Assembly: GCA_903929925.1 (NCBI GenBank)
Contig: CAIYWO010000101.1
Location: forward strand, 1 to 41,860
Reading direction: 5' to 3'
DNA: 41,860 bases
Source of the DNA: an uncultured beta proteobacterium
GTDB lineage: Bacteria > Pseudomonadota > Gammaproteobacteria > Burkholderiales > Burkholderiaceae_B
Shown here: positions 28,537-38,693 of the stretch, one piece after another
Position numbering within the stretch: position 1 is the first letter of the stretch
Layout of the letters: each line of letters begins with the position of its first letter
Made by a program: the position numbers and the translations under genes
Notes under the pieces: generated by a model
Database searches by the model: none
The model's input: the letters and a program-made list of their open reading frames with translations, nothing else
What the model was told of the DNA's origin: nothing

Positions 28537-29232
28537 TCAATCGAGAAATTTAACAAAGTTCGCGACCGGTTCTCGTTCGCTGATGAGCGTGTTTTCGATT
28601 TTGCTCATGTCGGCGACACCGAGAGCGAGCCCGCACATAACAATCTCGTCTTCTGGGATCCCTACAATCTCGCGGATAGTGGGATGGAAGCGGTTGAAGG
28701 CTGCCTGAGCACAGGTGTCAAGGTTGCGGCCACGCGCAGCCACCATGAAGCTTTGGAGGAAGCAACCAAAGTCTAGCCAGGACCCGGTGTTCATTTTTCG
28801 TTCGATCGTAAAAATGATACCGACAGGTGCACCGAAAAATGTGTAGTTTTTTCCGTGCTGGGCATGCATCCCCGCTTTGTCATCGCGGCCAAGTCCCAAT
28901 AATTTATACAGAGCGAGGCCGACTTTACGGCGACGATCAATGTAGGGTGACTCCCATTCCGTTGGGTAGTAGCGGTAGTCTTCTTTTAGAGCTTCGAAGC
29001 GCGCTTTGTCGTTGTAGATCTCGACGATTGCGTTAGACAAACGATCCTTGACCGCGCCCGTTAAGACATACGCTTTCCATGGCTGTGTGTTCGAGCCAGA
29101 CGGTGCGCGTGCAGCGACCTCAAACATTTGCTCAATATCTTCACGCGCAATCGGAGTTGGTAAAAAAGCGCGCATTGAGTGACGAGAAGTCATTGCCTCG
29201 TCGACGATTTGTTGTTGGGTCGTTTGAATCAT
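28537..29232 (-). CDS. Nitroreductase family protein
   Basis: SRHSMRAF, APSGSNTQPW, FFGAPV, D-G-FLQS-M-AARG--LDTC-Q. Confidence 0.9.
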   Translation of the reverse strand: MIQTTQQQIVDEAMTSRHSMRAFLPTPIAREDIEQMFEVAARAPSGSNTQPWKAYVLTGAVKDRLSNAIVEIYNDKARFEALKEDYRYYPTEWESPYIDRRRKVGLALYKLLGLGRDDKAGMHAQHGKNYTFFGAPVGIIFTIERKMNTGSWLDFGCFLQSFMVAARGRNLDTCAQAAFNRFHPTIREIVGIPEDEIVMCGLALGVADMSKIENTLISEREPVANFVKFLD

Positions 29233-29331
29233 GTGAGTACCTTCTTTGGATCATTTTTGATGCTGTACGGGTATTTTGCCGCATTTTTTTGAAACCCATA
29301 CAATCGAGACAAACAATAAAGGAGATTCTCA

Positions 29332-31632
29332 ATGAGTGCCAGCGCGGTTGAAGCCTTTAGTGATAGTGCGCGTGATTTGTTAAGCCGAAACGGAGCGATT
29401 GCGCGGCTTCGTGTCCTAAGTGACTCGCAGGCTACCTTCGACCGTACCGCGTGGCAGGAGATTGCGAACGCGGGTTGGCTAGGCGTACTGGTGTCTGAGG
29501 ATGAGGGGGGCTTGGGTTTAGGCCTGCGCGAGTTAGCCGCCATCGCAGAAGAGGTGGGGCAGGCGCTGTTACCAGAGCCTTATATCGCAGGCTCTGTTCA
29601 AGTCGCCTCCGTGCTGATGGGATGTCCCTCTGGAACATTGCGCAACCAACTTCTTGAGCGCTTAGTAGATGGTTCGTGTGTGTCGGGTTTGGCATGGCAA
29701 GAAAAGCTTGGGCAAATGCAGTCTGCGGATGGGCTGGCCACACAGCTAGTTGCAGAGGGCGATCGACTTAAGTTGTCTGGAAAAAAAGCCTTCGTTGTCC
29801 CGGGCACCGGCGCAGAGGGCTGGATCGTTCTTGCGAGTCAGCAGTCCGAACCCGTCCTAGTGTGGATTGCAGCCAATTCAGCAGGCGTTGTTTGTAGTGA
29901 TGTTCCTGGTGTGGATGGTTTGCCCACTGCGACGCTGACCTTCACAGGCGTTGAAGTTCCGGGGCCTCATGTCTTAATGCGTGGCGGTGAGGTCATCCAT
30001 TTAGTCGATCGTGCGAACGATCGGGCGCGTGTGATTCAAGCGGCTGAGTTGCTTGGTGTCATGCGACGGACATTAAGCCTGACCATTGATTATCTCGGTA
30101 CACGTAAACAGTTTGGGCGAGCGATTGGCAGCTTTCAGGCGTTAAAGCACCGTGCTGTTGATGCCTATATACAAGTCGAGCTGTCCTCTGCCTGCGTGCA
30201 GGATGTGTTGACCCAAATTGAGCAGGGCGGTGATCTTGCTGCCTTAGCAAGTCGTGCAAAATCGCGCACGATTCATGCTGCATTACTTGTCACGCGTATG
30301 GCCATTCAGTTTCATGGTGCGATGGGCTTTACCGATGAGTGTGATGTTGGCTTGTACTTTAAGCGGGCCTTGAAATTGTCGGCTCAACTTGGAAACTTGA
30401 ACGGTCACCGTCAGCGTTACCTTGAGCGATCAACACCCGAGTCTGAGGTGGTGTCAGAAGACGGGGCACAGAATTTCCCGTCCGATGCTAATTGGGATGC
30501 GATGTCTGAGACCGAGTTTCGACAAATGTTGCGAGGGTTCTATTCTAAAAACTACCCTGACTCCTTACGCAATGTACCGAGGCGTCTGCATTGGCACGAG
30601 ATCAAGGATTGGTATTTAACTCTGTCGCAGCAGGGATGGGTTGCCCCGGCTTGGCCCAAGCGTTTTGGCGGGATGGGGCTCTCCCCAGAAAAAATGATTG
30701 CTTACGTCGAAGAGCAAGAGCAGTACGGTGTCGCTCGGGCTCCGGATATGGGGATCGTCATGATCGGCCCCTTATTGATCCAACGCGGAAGTCCAGCTCA
30801 ACAGGAGAAATTTTTACCAAAAATCATTGCCGGTGAACACATATGGTGCCAGGGTTACTCGGAGCCTGGTGCGGGATCCGATTTGGCCTCTTTACGTACT
30901 GAAGCCGTGCGCGATGGTGATGCCTTTATCGTAAATGGTCAGAAAATCTGGACGACGTTGGCGCAGGATGCAACGCATATGTTTGCCTTGGTGCGTACAG
31001 ACAAAGATGCAAAGAAGCAGTCTGGCATTAGCTTCTTGTTGATTGATTTGGCAACTCCAGGTATCACGATCCGACCAATCAAAGACATTGTCGGTTACGA
31101 AGAGTTCTGTGAGGTTTTTTTCGATAACGTGCGGGTGCCAGCTGAAAATCTTGTTGGCGAACTCAACCAGGGCTGGACGATTGCGAAGGCCTTGCTGGGT
31201 TTTGAAAGGATCTTTCTTGGTAGTCCTAAGCAGTCGCGTTATGCGATGAGCCAACTCACCGCGATGGCAGAGCACTTGGGACTCTTTGCGGATCCAGTTT
31301 TTGCGGGTCGCTACGCCGAGTTGATGTTGGATGTTGCGGATCAAGTGTCAGGTTATACGCATTATGCTGATATGGTGAAGCGAGGTGAAGCCTTGCCTCC
31401 GAGTGTGTCTCTCTTGAAAATCTGGGGCACGGACACATACCAAAGAATTTGTGCGCTCATGGTTGAGTATGCGCAGGAGCATGGTGCTTCAGGACTCAAC
31501 AGCGAGCTGTCCCCGTCGGGTTTGAATGTCCCCGCTATTATGTTGAACTCAATTCCGGCCACGATCTATGGGGGCAGCACCGAGGTGCAGAAAGAAATTC
31601 TGGCTAAACACGTGCTTAAGTTGCCAGATTAA
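29332..31632 (+). CDS. Fused two-domain acyl-CoA dehydrogenase
   Basis: 766 aa; first ACAD with RKQFGRAIGSFQALKH and QFHGAMGFTDE, second with WCQGYSEPGAGSDLASL, NGQKIWT, LGFER, TIYGGSTEVQK. Confidence 0.9.
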   Translation: MSASAVEAFSDSARDLLSRNGAIARLRVLSDSQATFDRTAWQEIANAGWLGVLVSEDEGGLGLGLRELAAIAEEVGQALLPEPYIAGSVQVASVLMGCPSGTLRNQLLERLVDGSCVSGLAWQEKLGQMQSADGLATQLVAEGDRLKLSGKKAFVVPGTGAEGWIVLASQQSEPVLVWIAANSAGVVCSDVPGVDGLPTATLTFTGVEVPGPHVLMRGGEVIHLVDRANDRARVIQAAELLGVMRRTLSLTIDYLGTRKQFGRAIGSFQALKHRAVDAYIQVELSSACVQDVLTQIEQGGDLAALASRAKSRTIHAALLVTRMAIQFHGAMGFTDECDVGLYFKRALKLSAQLGNLNGHRQRYLERSTPESEVVSEDGAQNFPSDANWDAMSETEFRQMLRGFYSKNYPDSLRNVPRRLHWHEIKDWYLTLSQQGWVAPAWPKRFGGMGLSPEKMIAYVEEQEQYGVARAPDMGIVMIGPLLIQRGSPAQQEKFLPKIIAGEHIWCQGYSEPGAGSDLASLRTEAVRDGDAFIVNGQKIWTTLAQDATHMFALVRTDKDAKKQSGISFLLIDLATPGITIRPIKDIVGYEEFCEVFFDNVRVPAENLVGELNQGWTIAKALLGFERIFLGSPKQSRYAMSQLTAMAEHLGLFADPVFAGRYAELMLDVADQVSGYTHYADMVKRGEALPPSVSLLKIWGTDTYQRICALMVEYAQEHGASGLNSELSPSGLNVPAIMLNSIPATIYGGSTEVQKEILAKHVLKLPD

Positions 31633-31692
31633 GTTTGGTTCGGTTGTGCAGTGTGCGCTATGTGCGCATCGATTGTCTTAGACAGGAGTCAG

Positions 31693-32490
31693 ATGTTGGA
31701 AACTATTCAATACGTAGTTAAAGATGGCGTCGGTACGTTGACGCTCAATCGTCCTCAGAGGAAAAATGCAATCGACGCTGTGATGCGCGAGGAACTCAGG
31801 CAAGTGATCGCAACCATGCCTGGTCAGAGAGACTTGCGTGCATTGATTATCACCGGCGCGGGTGCAACGTTTTGTGCTGGCGGTGATATCAGTGTGATGG
31901 GCGCAGGTACGTTAAGTCCTGAAGACGGTCGACACCGCATGCGTCATGATTACCTGTCGTGGATCGAGACACTGCTGCGTCTTGAGATACCGGTGATCTC
32001 AGCTGTGGAAGGGGCTGCCTATGGCGCTGGATTTAGTTTGGCACTCACTGCCGATATCGTGTTGGCTGCTCCGAGTAGCCGGTTTTGTCTTTCATTTATG
32101 AAGTTGGGGCTGATCCCCGATTGCGCCGCTTTCTACACACTTCCGCGCGTCGTTGGCTTGCAGCGAGCCAAAGAGCTCGCGTTTTCAGCGAGGGAGTTAA
32201 GTGCGCAAGAGGCGAAGGATCTGGGGATTGTGCTCGAAGTCTTGCCAGAAGGCCGGGTATTAGAGCGCGCACAACAGATGGCAAATTGTTTTGCGCAAGC
32301 CGCTCCAGCGGCGCTTGCTATGACCAAGAGAGCTTTGAATGCATCGCTAAACAGCTCGCTCGAGGTCATGATGGATATCGAGGCGGATGGTCAGGCTGTT
32401 GCACGCACTAGCCAGTGGCACACGGATGCGGTGCAGCGCTTTTTGAACAAACAACCGTCGGCCTTTAAGTGGCCTAACACGCTGGATTGA
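31693..32490 (+). CDS. Enoyl-CoA hydratase/isomerase (crotonase) family protein
   Basis: LTLNRPQRKNA, FCAGGD, PVISAVEGAAYGAG, KLGLIPD; ATG 31693 after AGGAG. Confidence 0.9.
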   Translation: MLETIQYVVKDGVGTLTLNRPQRKNAIDAVMREELRQVIATMPGQRDLRALIITGAGATFCAGGDISVMGAGTLSPEDGRHRMRHDYLSWIETLLRLEIPVISAVEGAAYGAGFSLALTADIVLAAPSSRFCLSFMKLGLIPDCAAFYTLPRVVGLQRAKELAFSARELSAQEAKDLGIVLEVLPEGRVLERAQQMANCFAQAAPAALAMTKRALNASLNSSLEVMMDIEADGQAVARTSQWHTDAVQRFLNKQPSAFKWPNTLD

Positions 32491-33116
32491 TGTATTTCTC
32501 GTCCTCCAAGGAACTCGGTCGAGTACCCCTCACTCTAGTTTGTGGTGAGGACGTTTCTGTTCGGCGTTTATTTGTAAAGCGTTTGTTGGCCCAACTCGCG
32601 CCGTATTCCTTTACGCTGTTGGCTCAGCGTCCTGAGGTCGAGGGCGCCTTTCAGGAGCACGCGGTCCGGTGGTTTGATGGTGCGATGGGGGCGGTCAATG
32701 AGGACTGCCTCTGTTGTGGCTTGCGCAGTGGGTTGGGTGATGCGTTGCGCAGTGTTTTTTTGAGCGCGTTGTCAACGCGCTCTGAGCGACTAGAGCGGGT
32801 GCTGATCGATGCTAGTGGCATCCGCAGAGAGCAATTGGAGCAGACGTTAAAGCACACGCCCTTTTTGGGGCAGCGGTTTGTGCACCAATCAACAATACGG
32901 GTTGTCGATCCGACAGAGTTTGATATGGGATGTCTTGAGGTCCGGCCAGTCGGATGTGTTGTGGTGCATCGCCCTGATGGTTTGAGTAACGAGGCGTTTG
33001 AGTCTGCCTTTGAAAATATTGAAAGAGCTGTCACGGCTGTCTCCCCAGAATTGGCCGTCGTGCGACTATTTTCTGAAACCCTTGTTGCTGATATGCGTCT
33101 GATAGTTGGGAAATAA
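32490..33116 (+). CDS. Degenerate CobW/COG0523 (G3E GTPase)-like protein lacking the P-loop
   Basis: NEDCLCC (cf. NGCxCC), ERVLIDASG (cf. DRIVIETSG), TIRVVD; Walker A position reads CGEDVSVRR; ATG overlaps the upstream TGA. Confidence 0.6.
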   Translation: MYFSSSKELGRVPLTLVCGEDVSVRRLFVKRLLAQLAPYSFTLLAQRPEVEGAFQEHAVRWFDGAMGAVNEDCLCCGLRSGLGDALRSVFLSALSTRSERLERVLIDASGIRREQLEQTLKHTPFLGQRFVHQSTIRVVDPTEFDMGCLEVRPVGCVVVHRPDGLSNEAFESAFENIERAVTAVSPELAVVRLFSETLVADMRLIVGK

Positions 33117-33137
33117 CCGCAATTTCGGTAAAAAGGC

Positions 33138-33167
33138 TTGAGGTTGGAGAGGGAAGTGCGCTACACT
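33138..33167 (+). promoter_or_regulatory. Possible sigma70 promoter facing the tRNA
   Basis: TTGAGG-N18-TACACT with A-rich upstream sequence. Confidence 0.4.
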
Positions 33168-33385
33168 TATTCCTACTATCTTCTTCGCGCAATCTTATGC
33201 GCCGGTCTTGCACGCTATGCGTGAGGCCCTGGTTCAAACCGTAACGATTCAATTGCTCCGATCTGACCAAGACAACTAGTGTGTCGATTTAGACTTTCAC
33301 ATGTTGCGCGCCATTGCTGCGATGAGGTTTGTTACGCATTGATCCAGCTAGATAAATATTCAATGTACGGCCGAACGGGATCTAC

Positions 33386-33425
33386 AAAATAAAACTGGCC
33401 GAGCGCCATAAGCGATCGACCAGTT
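33386..33425 (-). terminator. Intrinsic terminator of tRNA-Met
   Basis: Minus strand AACTGGTCGATCGC-TTATG-GCGCTCGGCCAGTT followed by TTATTTT, 5 nt after the tRNA CCA. Confidence 0.8.
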
Positions 33426-33430
33426 GTATT

Positions 33431-33507
<77 letters not shown>

Positions 33508-33520
33508 TCTGAAGAAAAGA

Positions 33521-33549
33521 AGTATAGCGTACATACCGCTTTAGAACAA
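33521..33549 (-). promoter_or_regulatory. sigma70 promoter of tRNA-Met
   Basis: Minus strand TTGTTC-N17-TATACT, 13 nt before the tRNA 5' end. Confidence 0.75.
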
Positions 33550-33584
33550 GTTGCCTAGAGCGCTTAATAGGAAATGAAAGACTT

Positions 33585-34607
33585 ATGAACGGTCAGCATG
33601 ACAATAATCATGACAATAATCATGAATCAATAGAAGAAGGCGTCACACCAGAGTCCGACGCTGAGCGCCGTGCGGAGCCGAGTAGCGATGTAGAGGTAGT
33701 GCAGTCTGAAGAGTCCACGCGTACTGCCGTGGTCGCTGTTGAGTCTGAGGTTGACCCGCAAGTGCTCGCGCACGCAGAAAAGGTTGTTGAGGCTGCATTG
33801 CTCTGCGCCTCGCTGCCGATGCCTTTAAGTGAATTAACAAAGTTGTTTGATGAGCCGTCCTTTAGCGGCGCGCAGTTGACGCAAGTGCTAGAAGGTTTGC
33901 AGCAAGCCTGGCTTGATCGCGGAATGGAGTTGGTCGAACTGGCGAGTGGCTGGCGCTTTCAGAGCCGCGCGGCGATGCAGCGGCACCTTGAACGCTTAAG
34001 CCCGGAGCGCGTGCCGAAATATTCTCGTGCCGTGATGGAGACGCTTGCCATTATTGCTTGGCGCCAACCCGTCACGCGCGGCGACATCGAAGATATCCGC
34101 GGCGTAACGGTCTCATCGCAGATTATTAAGACACTCGAAGATCGTGGTTGGGTCGAAGTCATTGGCCATCGCGATGGCCCGGGCCGTCCAGGTTTACTGG
34201 GTACGACGCGCCAGTTTCTAGATGACTTAGGTTTGCGTGCCTTAGATGAGTTGCCCGCCTTGGGTGAGGCAGAGATAAGTGAAGCCTTGCAATCGCTTAC
34301 GCTCGAAGGCGGCATTGCAGCCAGCAAAGCCTTGTCCGCAGGCAATGAAGAGGGCGTTGAGTCCTTGCCTCTTGCGCTGGAATCGTCAGAAGAGCCACAA
34401 GCCGATTTGCAAGCTGAGCCTCTGGCTGAGCTTGAATCGAAGCTCCAATCCGAGCCTCAGGAGCCTGTTGCGCAAGAAGGTGAGCCATCCGTCGACACGG
34501 ATCCTTTGCTCGACTCTGATGAACAAGCCGCAACCGAGCAAGCAGCAACCGAACAAGAAAGTGAAATTTCTCTATCAGTGCCCCCATCCAATCTGGAGTC
34601 CAAGTGA
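33585..34607 (+). CDS. scpB: SMC-Scp complex subunit ScpB
   Basis: [63 protein letters not shown]; acidic extensions at both ends. Confidence 0.95.
   Translation: MNGQHDNNHDNNHESIEEGVTPESDAERRAEPSSDVEVVQSEESTRTAVVAVESEVDPQVLAHAEKVVEAALLCASLPMPLSELTKLFDEPSFSGAQLTQVLEGLQQAWLDRGMELVELASGWRFQSRAAMQRHLERLSPERVPKYSRAVMETLAIIAWRQPVTRGDIEDIRGVTVSSQIIKTLEDRGWVEVIGHRDGPGRPGLLGTTRQFLDDLGLRALDELPALGEAEISEALQSLTLEGGIAASKALSAGNEEGVESLPLALESSEEPQADLQAEPLAELESKLQSEPQEPVAQEGEPSVDTDPLLDSDEQAATEQAATEQESEISLSVPPSNLESK
33597..33625 (+). repeat. 12-bp in-frame tandem repeat in scpB
   Basis: CATGACAATAAT twice plus CATGA (HDNN HDNN H). Confidence 0.85.
34521..34556 (+). repeat. 15-bp imperfect in-frame tandem repeat in scpB
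   Basis: GAACAAGCCGCAACC GAGCAAGCAGCAACC GAACAA ([12 protein letters not shown]). Confidence 0.8.
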
Positions 34608-36415
34608 CTAATTCGAATACCGAGCACCCTGATAATCAGGCGCCAGCAATAGAGCCTGACAAGGCGGCAGCGCAGCAGGACTCACAGGAAGGCGCGGCTG
34701 CATCGCCGGCCAAGCCGCGCGGACGCAAATTACGCACGCCGTTTAGGCGCAGACGTAGTGATGCACCAGAGGTGTCTGAAAGCGCTGACGCAGCACCTGC
34801 GAGTCCGATTGCTGCACAAGATTTTTCGAACGATGCGGCACAGGATCAGGCAGACACGATCGATCTGGGCGACCCCGTCGAGGCCGAGAAAGAAGCGCAA
34901 GAAGCGTTGTCCTACTTAAGCAGTACGGATCGCAGCGAGCAGCGTCTGAATAAATATTTGAACAGCGATTTGCTGATGCCCAAGCTACATAAGCTCTTGG
35001 CAGATGCAGGAATCGGTTCGCGGCGCGAGATGGAAGAGCTCATTATTGCTGGTCGTGTGTCGGTCAATGGTGAGCCAGCACACATTGGTCAACGTGTTGG
35101 TCCTAACGACTTAGTGCGTGTAAACGGCAGGCCGATTACGCGTACCAATACAAAGAAACCACCTCGCGTCATCCTCTATCACAAGCCAGCGGGCGAAATT
35201 GTGAGTCATGACGATCCAGGGGGTCGTGCCAATGTTTTCGCACGCTTGCCCAAGATGAAGGTAGGGAAGTGGTTGTCGGTTGGGCGGCTGGACCTGAACA
35301 CCGAAGGGTTGCTGATTCTGACGACTTCGGGAGATTTATCCAATCGCTTGCTGCACCCCCGTTATGGCAATGAGCGCGAGTACGCTGTGCGCGTGCTCGG
35401 AGAGCTTGGTCCACAGCAACGCCAAACTTTGTTGGATGGTGTTGCACTTGATGACGGTCCCGCGAGTTTCGGGATGATTGAGTTCCTTGGTGGCGAAGGT
35501 AGCAATCGTTGGTACCGTGTCACGCTGAATGAAGGGCGCAACCGCGAAGTGCGGCGTATGTTCGAGGCCGTGGGCCTGACAGTGAGCCGCTTGATCCGCA
35601 CGCGATTTGGTGACATTGTGTTACCGACAACGCTACGTCGCGGTCGGTGGGAAGAGCTGGATTCGAAGTTGGTGAGTGCCTTGATGGTCCAGGTTGGCTT
35701 GTTGCGGGATGATGATGAGTCTGGTGACGGTCGATCGCGTGCACCCAAGCAGCCGACCTCGCACGACAGCGCGCTGCCCCCAGGATTTGGCACGATGGAT
35801 CGCAATGGAAGTCATGGCGCGCGGATGGGACGACGGGGCAACGTTCAGGGTGGACGTTCCGGCAAGCCCGCACCCTTTATGCATCCAACCGAGTCAGCGC
35901 CCACAGTGCTGACGGTAACCGGCGGTTATGCCAACGGACATCCGACCGGAGGCGCTGGGCGTGGCGGTCGCTCGGGCAAGCCAGGCGGCCCGAATGCACG
36001 GCCAGGTGGTCGCCCAGGCGGTCAGGGAGGACCAGCTGGTGCGGGTGGTAAGCCCGGCGGACGTGGACGTCCTGGCGGTAGACCGGGAGGTCGACCTGCT
36101 TCGGGGCAGGCGGGCATGGCGGGTGACTCTCAGGCGACTGATGCTGGAGCGACTCGTAACCAGGGTGCCCGACCCCGACGACCAGCGGGGGCCGAGGGGG
36201 CTGGTGGAGCGGGTGGTGCACCGGCCAACAGACCGCCAAGAGGGGCGGGTGGCCCACGTGGTCCGGGCAAGCCGGCTGGACAAGGTCGTTCTGGCCCTAA
36301 AGGAAACGCAGGAAAGCCAAGATCAGGTCCGAAGGGGGATGATTGGCAGCCGAAAGGGCCCGCAGCACACGAATCCCGATTGGGCTTTACGAAGTCCTCA
36401 AGAGGTGACCGTTAG
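34604..36415 (+). CDS. rluB: 23S rRNA pseudouridine synthase RluB
   Basis: S4 domain [26 protein letters not shown] (catalytic Asp), EGRNREVRR; GTGA overlap with scpB; long Gly/Arg/Pro tail. Confidence 0.93.
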   Translation: MTNSNTEHPDNQAPAIEPDKAAAQQDSQEGAAASPAKPRGRKLRTPFRRRRSDAPEVSESADAAPASPIAAQDFSNDAAQDQADTIDLGDPVEAEKEAQEALSYLSSTDRSEQRLNKYLNSDLLMPKLHKLLADAGIGSRREMEELIIAGRVSVNGEPAHIGQRVGPNDLVRVNGRPITRTNTKKPPRVILYHKPAGEIVSHDDPGGRANVFARLPKMKVGKWLSVGRLDLNTEGLLILTTSGDLSNRLLHPRYGNEREYAVRVLGELGPQQRQTLLDGVALDDGPASFGMIEFLGGEGSNRWYRVTLNEGRNREVRRMFEAVGLTVSRLIRTRFGDIVLPTTLRRGRWEELDSKLVSALMVQVGLLRDDDESGDGRSRAPKQPTSHDSALPPGFGTMDRNGSHGARMGRRGNVQGGRSGKPAPFMHPTESAPTVLTVTGGYANGHPTGGAGRGGRSGKPGGPNARPGGRPGGQGGPAGAGGKPGGRGRPGGRPGGRPASGQAGMAGDSQATDAGATRNQGARPRRPAGAEGAGGAGGAPANRPPRGAGGPRGPGKPAGQGRSGPKGNAGKPRSGPKGDDWQPKGPAAHESRLGFTKSSRGDR

Positions 36416-36440
36416 TCGCGCAAGCGGCTAAATGGTTGCC

Positions 36441-36474
36441 ACGACAAGAAAAATTGTCGTTTTCATGCTAGAAT
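36441..36474 (+). promoter_or_regulatory. Hairpin after rluB overlapping an extended -10 promoter for the rimP operon
   Basis: ACGACAA-GAAAAA-TTGTCGT-TTT inverted repeat, then TGCTAGAAT (TGn plus TAGAAT). Confidence 0.5.
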
Positions 36475-36620
36475 CATGGGCTAATGCGTATTTACTTTTG
36501 TGCGCAAATGAGCTTTGAATTTGGTTTTGGATTTGGTTTGTGTGGGGTGTTGCTGCAGGCTGTGTCGTGATGTTATTGCGACCGCCGTGAAAGCCGCCAA
36601 GGCAAACCTTAACGAGTTGT

Positions 36621-36650
36621 AAATGGGCTGTTATTCAGCCCATTTTTTTT
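36621..36650 (+). terminator. rimP leader intrinsic terminator (attenuator)
   Basis: AAATGGGCTG-TTATT-CAGCCCATTT-TTTTT ending 6 nt before the rimP ATG. Confidence 0.85.
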
Positions 36651-36656
36651 GAGTGT

Positions 36657-37154
36657 ATGGCAGATCTCTTTACTCTTACGCAGCAGTCTCTCGCATCGAT
36701 GGATGTCGAATTTATCGACATCGAACGTGGTGCCTTGGGATTGTTGCGCGTCACGATCGATCGCCCCGAGGGCGTGCGCATCGAAGACTGTGAACAGGTT
36801 TCAAAACACTTGTCGCGCGTGTTTGAAGTTGAAAACATCGATTACCGCCGACTCGAGGTGGGTTCACCTGGCGTGGATCGACCACTCAAAACCGAGGCGG
36901 ATTACAAGCGGTTTGTTGGTGAGCGTGTTGAAGTGAAGTTGCGCGAAGCGGTAGAGAATCAAAAAGTTTTTTCGGGTTTGTTGATCGACCTTACCGGTTC
37001 GGTCAGCACAGCAGGTGCCGAGGTGCAGTCTAAGCCTTTCGGTATCGAGTTTGAGGCAAAAAAGGGTGAGTTTCGGCAAGTGGCCTTTGCGTTTACCGAC
37101 GTAGAGCGCGGCAAGCTGGATCCAGTCTTGGATTTCAAGGGCAAAAAGCGATGA
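36657..37154 (+). CDS. rimP: Ribosome maturation factor RimP
   Basis: [30 protein letters not shown]; directly upstream of nusA. Confidence 0.95.
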   Translation: MADLFTLTQQSLASMDVEFIDIERGALGLLRVTIDRPEGVRIEDCEQVSKHLSRVFEVENIDYRRLEVGSPGVDRPLKTEADYKRFVGERVEVKLREAVENQKVFSGLLIDLTGSVSTAGAEVQSKPFGIEFEAKKGEFRQVAFAFTDVERGKLDPVLDFKGKKR

Positions 37155-38626
37155 GTCGCGAAATTCTTCTGTTGGTTGATGCGTTGGCACGTGAAAAAAA
37201 CGTGACCCGTGACGTGGTGTTTGATGCGCTTGAGGGCGCTTTGGCTTCGGCCATGAAAAAACGCTTTAAAGATGATGCGGATATCCGCGTGTCGGTGAAT
37301 CGCACAACGGGCGACCATGAGGGCTTTCGGCGCTGGCTCGTCGTGCCTGATGAATTAGGTCTCCAGGAGCCCGATCAGCAAGAGATGCTGTCGGATGCCA
37401 AAGAGATCGTGTCAGATATCGAAGTAGGCGAATATATCGAAGAGGCGCTTGAGCCGATCGAGTTCGGTCGCATTGGTGCGCAGGCGGCAAAGCAAGCCAT
37501 TTTGCAGCGTATTCGTGACGCCGAGCGTGAGCAGATTTTGAATGACTTCCTCGATCGCGGTGAGACCATTGTCTCCGGTTCGATTAAGCGGATGGACAAG
37601 GGCGATGTCATCGTCGAGACTGGAAAAATTGAAGCCCGTTTGCCACGCAGTGAAATGATCCCGAAAGAAAACCTTCGCGTCGGCGATCGTGTGCGAGCAT
37701 GGGTATTAAAGATTGATCGTACAGCGCGTGGTCAGCAGGTCATCCTCTCGCGTAACGCTCCTGAATTTATCCAACAATTGTTTGAGAACGAAGTGCCTGA
37801 GATCGAGCAAGGTTTGCTTGAGATCAAAGGTGCGGCACGCGATCCAGGTGTACGCGCCAAGATCGCCGTCGTTGCTTATGACAAGCGCATCGATCCTATT
37901 GGCACGTGCGTGGGGATGCGTGGTTCACGCGTGACTGCTGTGCGTAATGAACTAGGCGGTGAGCAAGTCGATATCGTGTTGTGGTCGGATGATCCTGCCG
38001 AGTTTGTGATCGGAGCACTTGCGCCTGCAAACGTTGAGTCGATCGTGGTAGACGAAGACCGTCACGCAATGGATGTTGTTGTTGATGAAGAAAACCTGCC
38101 CAAGGCAATTGGCTCGAAAGGTCAAAACGTTCGCCTGGCCTCTGAGCTGACCGGCTGGCAAATCAACATCATGACGCCAGAAGAGAGTCAGAACCGCCAA
38201 GAGTTGGAACGTGCGTCCTTGCGTTCGACCTTTATGTCGCGTCTGGACGTTGATGAAGAAGTGGCTGATATTCTGATTGATGAGGGGTTTACGGGCCTCG
38301 AAGAAATCGCTTATGTACCCATGCAGGAATTGTTGGAAATCGAATCCTTTGATGAAGATACGATCAACGAGTTGCGCACACGCGCACGCAACGCATTGCT
38401 GACTGAAGCAATCGCACAAGAAGAGCGTGTTGAAACGGCCCAAGATTTGTTGACGCTTGATGGCATCACTCCTGAGTTGGTTTCTAAATTAGCAGCCGCG
38501 AACGTGAATACGCGCGACGATCTAGCTGAATTAGCCACCGACGAGTTGTCTGAAATCACAGGCTTAGATGAGACGGCTGCAAGCGAAATCATTATGGCCG
38601 CGCGTGCGCACTGGTTTGAAAACTAG
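37151..38626 (+). CDS. nusA: Transcription termination/antitermination factor NusA
   Basis: [63 protein letters not shown]. Confidence 0.97.
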   Translation: MSREILLLVDALAREKNVTRDVVFDALEGALASAMKKRFKDDADIRVSVNRTTGDHEGFRRWLVVPDELGLQEPDQQEMLSDAKEIVSDIEVGEYIEEALEPIEFGRIGAQAAKQAILQRIRDAEREQILNDFLDRGETIVSGSIKRMDKGDVIVETGKIEARLPRSEMIPKENLRVGDRVRAWVLKIDRTARGQQVILSRNAPEFIQQLFENEVPEIEQGLLEIKGAARDPGVRAKIAVVAYDKRIDPIGTCVGMRGSRVTAVRNELGGEQVDIVLWSDDPAEFVIGALAPANVESIVVDEDRHAMDVVVDEENLPKAIGSKGQNVRLASELTGWQINIMTPEESQNRQELERASLRSTFMSRLDVDEEVADILIDEGFTGLEEIAYVPMQELLEIESFDEDTINELRTRARNALLTEAIAQEERVETAQDLLTLDGITPELVSKLAAANVNTRDDLAELATDELSEITGLDETAASEIIMAARAHWFEN

Positions 38627-38693
38627 TACGTCGCGCAAGTGCTTTGAAGGTCACCTGAAGTTGTAACGCTGTAAATAGGTAAGAGAGAGTCTA

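Noticed and set aside
33031-33270. 79-aa minus-strand ORF, and 15-20 aa plus-strand micro-ORFs in the same gap
   Set aside because: No RBS or recognisable motif; the 79-aa ORF overlaps the CobW-like gene
33170-33320. Retron-like ncRNA or tRNA remnant (flanking inverted repeat, GGTTCAAACC resembling a T-loop)
   Set aside because: No reverse transcriptase in the window and no cloverleaf; kept only as a generic sRNA candidate
35877-36431. Overlapping alternative-frame ORFs (126, 129, 167 aa) in the rluB tail
   Set aside because: Expected from GC-rich low-complexity sequence lacking stop codons; no independent start signals
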